A stretch of 64,000 bases of DNA, taken from Trypanosoma brucei. Lineage: Eukaryota. The translations under genes and the position numbers were made by a program. Location: positions 1,120,001 through 1,184,000 of the forward strand of contig CP000066.1 of the NCBI GenBank assembly GCA_000002445.1, read 5' to 3'. The notes below the pieces were generated by a model. It was not told the origin of the DNA, did no database searches, and saw nothing but the letters and a program-made list of their open reading frames with translations. Positions 62,901 through 64,000 of this stretch are shown here, one piece after another. Each line of letters starts with the position of its first letter. The stretch's first letter is position 1.

Positions 62901-64000
62901 CAACCCCAATCTCGTCCAGAACGAGTTCAGCATGTACGGCGCACATCACCATCGCCTCGTCCTCCCTGTACGCCTCTCCGTGAGCCACTACACATTCAAA
63001 TGTTTCAGGCACTGGCAACACAGCCTTGCATATCCAACGCTTCAGTCCCTCATCAGCGTCGCTACTGACAGTAGTTTTCAACACACTCTCAAGCCGCTTG
63101 CCGTGCCGCTCCAGGTAGTCCCTCAAGCGCACTATGGCAAAGCGATCCGATTGCCTTACCGAAGGGAGCGTGTGCACGTAGTTACGTCCTTCTTCCACGT
63201 TTGTGTTTGGGTTGACAATAATATAACCATCGGCATCAGGCTTTAACGACCAGTCACTCTTCGGTAGCTCCGCACGTGCCCGCTGCAGTCGCGACTCTTC
63301 CGTGCCCATGAAGTTAGCTTGCTTCCCTGTGCCCCCTGATCCCTTGGTGAGGCACCGGGCTGGTGAAAGTCCAGGAACCATGATGCGACCAACGTGACTC
63401 ACCACATAGCGATACGGCGGCGGCAGCTTCGTGCTACGTGTGAGGTTCTGAGGAGCCTTTCCTTCATGAGACTGATTTTCTGGCTCACTGCCCAAAGGTC
63501 TGTTCAGGACCTCGAGGACGTGGAGAGCATGCATTGAGGCAGCAGTCTCCGCCTCTAGCTCCGATGTCCCTATTCCTATGGCCACGAAGGATGGTAGCAG
63601 TTCATCCGCATCACCGGCCATTACTTTTTGGTCTTTGTTTTCCTCCTCACTCCCCCTCACGGGGGTCACTGGCACCGTCACCGTGGCGCGATAGACGTGG
63701 TGATCTTTTATTCCAAGGGCTTCCACAAAAAATGGTGAGGCCGCGCTGCCGTGGCAGGTCCCGTGCTGGGTTATATAATCCATAAACTTGCGACGAGCGG
63801 ATAGAACAAGTGCGTCTAACTCCGTTACGTGAGTATAATTTTCAATTGCCTTGGCATGGCTCATGAGGAGCGACTCCAGCGAGGCTGCCACATCACCCGA
63901 GGCCACCTCGTCTGCCTCTTTGGCTAACTGTAATGGTGGAGGTGAAGGTCTGTCATAATGATACTCGCAGTCGTCCGGTCCACAGCACCACCGATTTACT
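59908..64000 (-). CDS. very large protein (>=1360 aa) with at least five dsRBD-like helix motifs; 5' end lies beyond the window
   Basis: The reading frame stays open from 63906 to the window edge (no stop in ...VNRWCCGPDDCEYHYDRPSPPPLQLAKEADEV-ASGD...), and the track 'start' at 63906 is a GTG. Repeated motifs: IGIGTSELEAETAASMHALHVLEVL; VAHGEAYREDEAMVMCAVHAELVLDEIG; VGCASTKKEAYTLCCMHAIFTLGALG; VARGAGDEGYESVARAAMHYEYIVGVI; MTGKGEYCDNEEESRNRAIAELFKQLQL. Confidence 0.55.
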   Translation of the reverse strand, partial: VNRWCCGPDDCEYHYDRPSPPPLQLAKEADEVASGDVAASLESLLMSHAKAIENYTHVTELDALVLSARRKFMDYITQHGTCHGSAASPFFVEALGIKDHHVYRATVTVPVTPVRGSEEENKDQKVMAGDADELLPSFVAIGIGTSELEAETAASMHALHVLEVLNRPLGSEPENQSHEGKAPQNLTRSTKLPPPYRYVVSHVGRIMVPGLSPARCLTKGSGGTGKQANFMGTEESRLQRARAELPKSDWSLKPDADGYIIVNPNTNVEEGRNYVHTLPSVRQSDRFAIVRLRDYLERHGKRLESVLKTTVSSDADEGLKRWICKAVLPVPETFECVVAHGEAYREDEAMVMCAVHAELVLDEIGVAMYDLPALQKKHSGAAALLGRWAPLGPGQRRQIVCIPPPVRKEHEKSCLWARLSKEATTKMRESVPKEEMPAMESPPPSQRLPDVTSSTPSMGSTMAPSAPTSVDLKDDTLCDLSKLVSVHSSDILQTAPRLFDFYCRRMGVDVSRVTRQYNVSSPLHGFVHRAIAEIPLPTQFGRRHAVGCASTKKEAYTLCCMHAIFTLGALGVPVYSGSRQAEFAGNARRRGRPAPMPGDPLMPANTESPPGLKSLPDMHKEKPVVPTVPPRSECRKPFVWGSYLTACRAYIKRCKEHLIFDALFEQKRAPRSGVELEDTGLDIVEALPLFTNARSQLPQKCAASGLPSPPPYSFRFEVYGRVPNRRYLVEQPILGTHFVARGAGDEGYESVARAAMHYEYIVGVIKNSRLPDGVTDSKRVILRNQSKDIYDSSLRDFTPRGKLSVMALYTVLHAPFKPLRLMVKERATTGPSSQVTLITLLEMEDESGLRMTGKGEYCDNEEESRNRAIAELFKQLQLKSAFQATAQMFRSHPQLRVEGASHVADEGKLIGPLHALLSEHKIPFPSKPRTEQYAQLVQSLRRGEGFFDSQELQLLLSAVQCELGLLTSPKPLTLPSAARNLFISMGLTSPEDLERRSQGDAEGVNLITVALSLLAACVPPPLPQHGGEQVSVNGALPLQFAKLLLAGFLMDCQHLCLRVLALVLSSLTGRGSIVDGHRSSCRGGEVGGYDVLELMLPALSEDAQRFLNIIVPRLRRLVEHVEASVPAFDPLRVLLTSSPIPTAEALCQPLTDGLAPSREGRLRLAVTFASFPRAFVQKRAVAHNATSQVTVESKDLKRVLNVRVPPPLLVSCGVSQPRGGVVAKSGDGSAGAGATASSRVYSSLPCFAAFDKIPTSGDTHCMIQPVFGVFTTPFALLLASACCNDPRTLAVMDDVPGLAVVDGFVPVVTRGSESLSTLLELRAAAKSHWSGLRPLPAELQRAVDTLLSAEHNLAHIVQSGLLE

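Overview
This window looks like a kinetoplastid (Trypanosoma-type) nuclear chromosome segment. The call rests on these observations: long intron-less ORFs packed head-to-tail on one strand, polypyrimidine tracts followed by AG directly upstream of start codons (trans-splice acceptor architecture), (TA)n/(CA)n microsatellites in intergenic DNA, and tandemly amplified gene copies. Species cannot be fixed from sequence alone; GC content and repeat style favour an African-trypanosome-like genome over Leishmania.

Layout: one short plus-strand gene, an AP-1 sigma adaptin (1110-1589), ends a rightward transcription unit. Everything from 7210 to the right edge is a single leftward (minus-strand) polycistron. 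The two units therefore meet head-on in a roughly 5.6 kb convergent strand-switch region (about 1590-7209). This region has no recognisable protein genes and no tRNAs. It contains microsatellites, an A-rich block, a 12.4-copy 70-bp G-rich tandem array (2646-3510), a GC-rich segment punctuated by oligo(T) runs, and a 2.5 kb GC-rich block with short ORFs open in several frames.

Minus-strand genes that could be assigned: PI4-kinase III alpha (2312 aa), two very large proteins carrying repeated dsRBD-like helices, an ankyrin-repeat protein, an ASNSD1-like glutamine amidotransferase (PP-loop ATP pyrophosphatase), Sec12-like GEF, Atg18/WIPI PROPPIN (FRRG motif), RAD23-like UBL-XPCB-UBA protein, TM9SF/EMP70 nonaspanin, Sys1-like Golgi membrane protein, and several hypothetical proteins.

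The most striking structure is a 12 kb head-to-tail array (27.6-39.3 kb) of five intact genes encoding nodulin-like major-facilitator (MFS) membrane proteins, plus a 40-codon 5' gene remnant at the array end. The copies share a near-identical roughly 430-aa core but carry mosaic combinations of three N-terminal domain types, three C-terminal/3'-flank types, and a conserved upstream splice-acceptor block. This points to recurrent gene conversion and possibly stage-specific 3'UTR regulation.

The supplied ORF track treats GTG/TTG as starts. Where that was detectable, CDS starts were trimmed to the first ATG.
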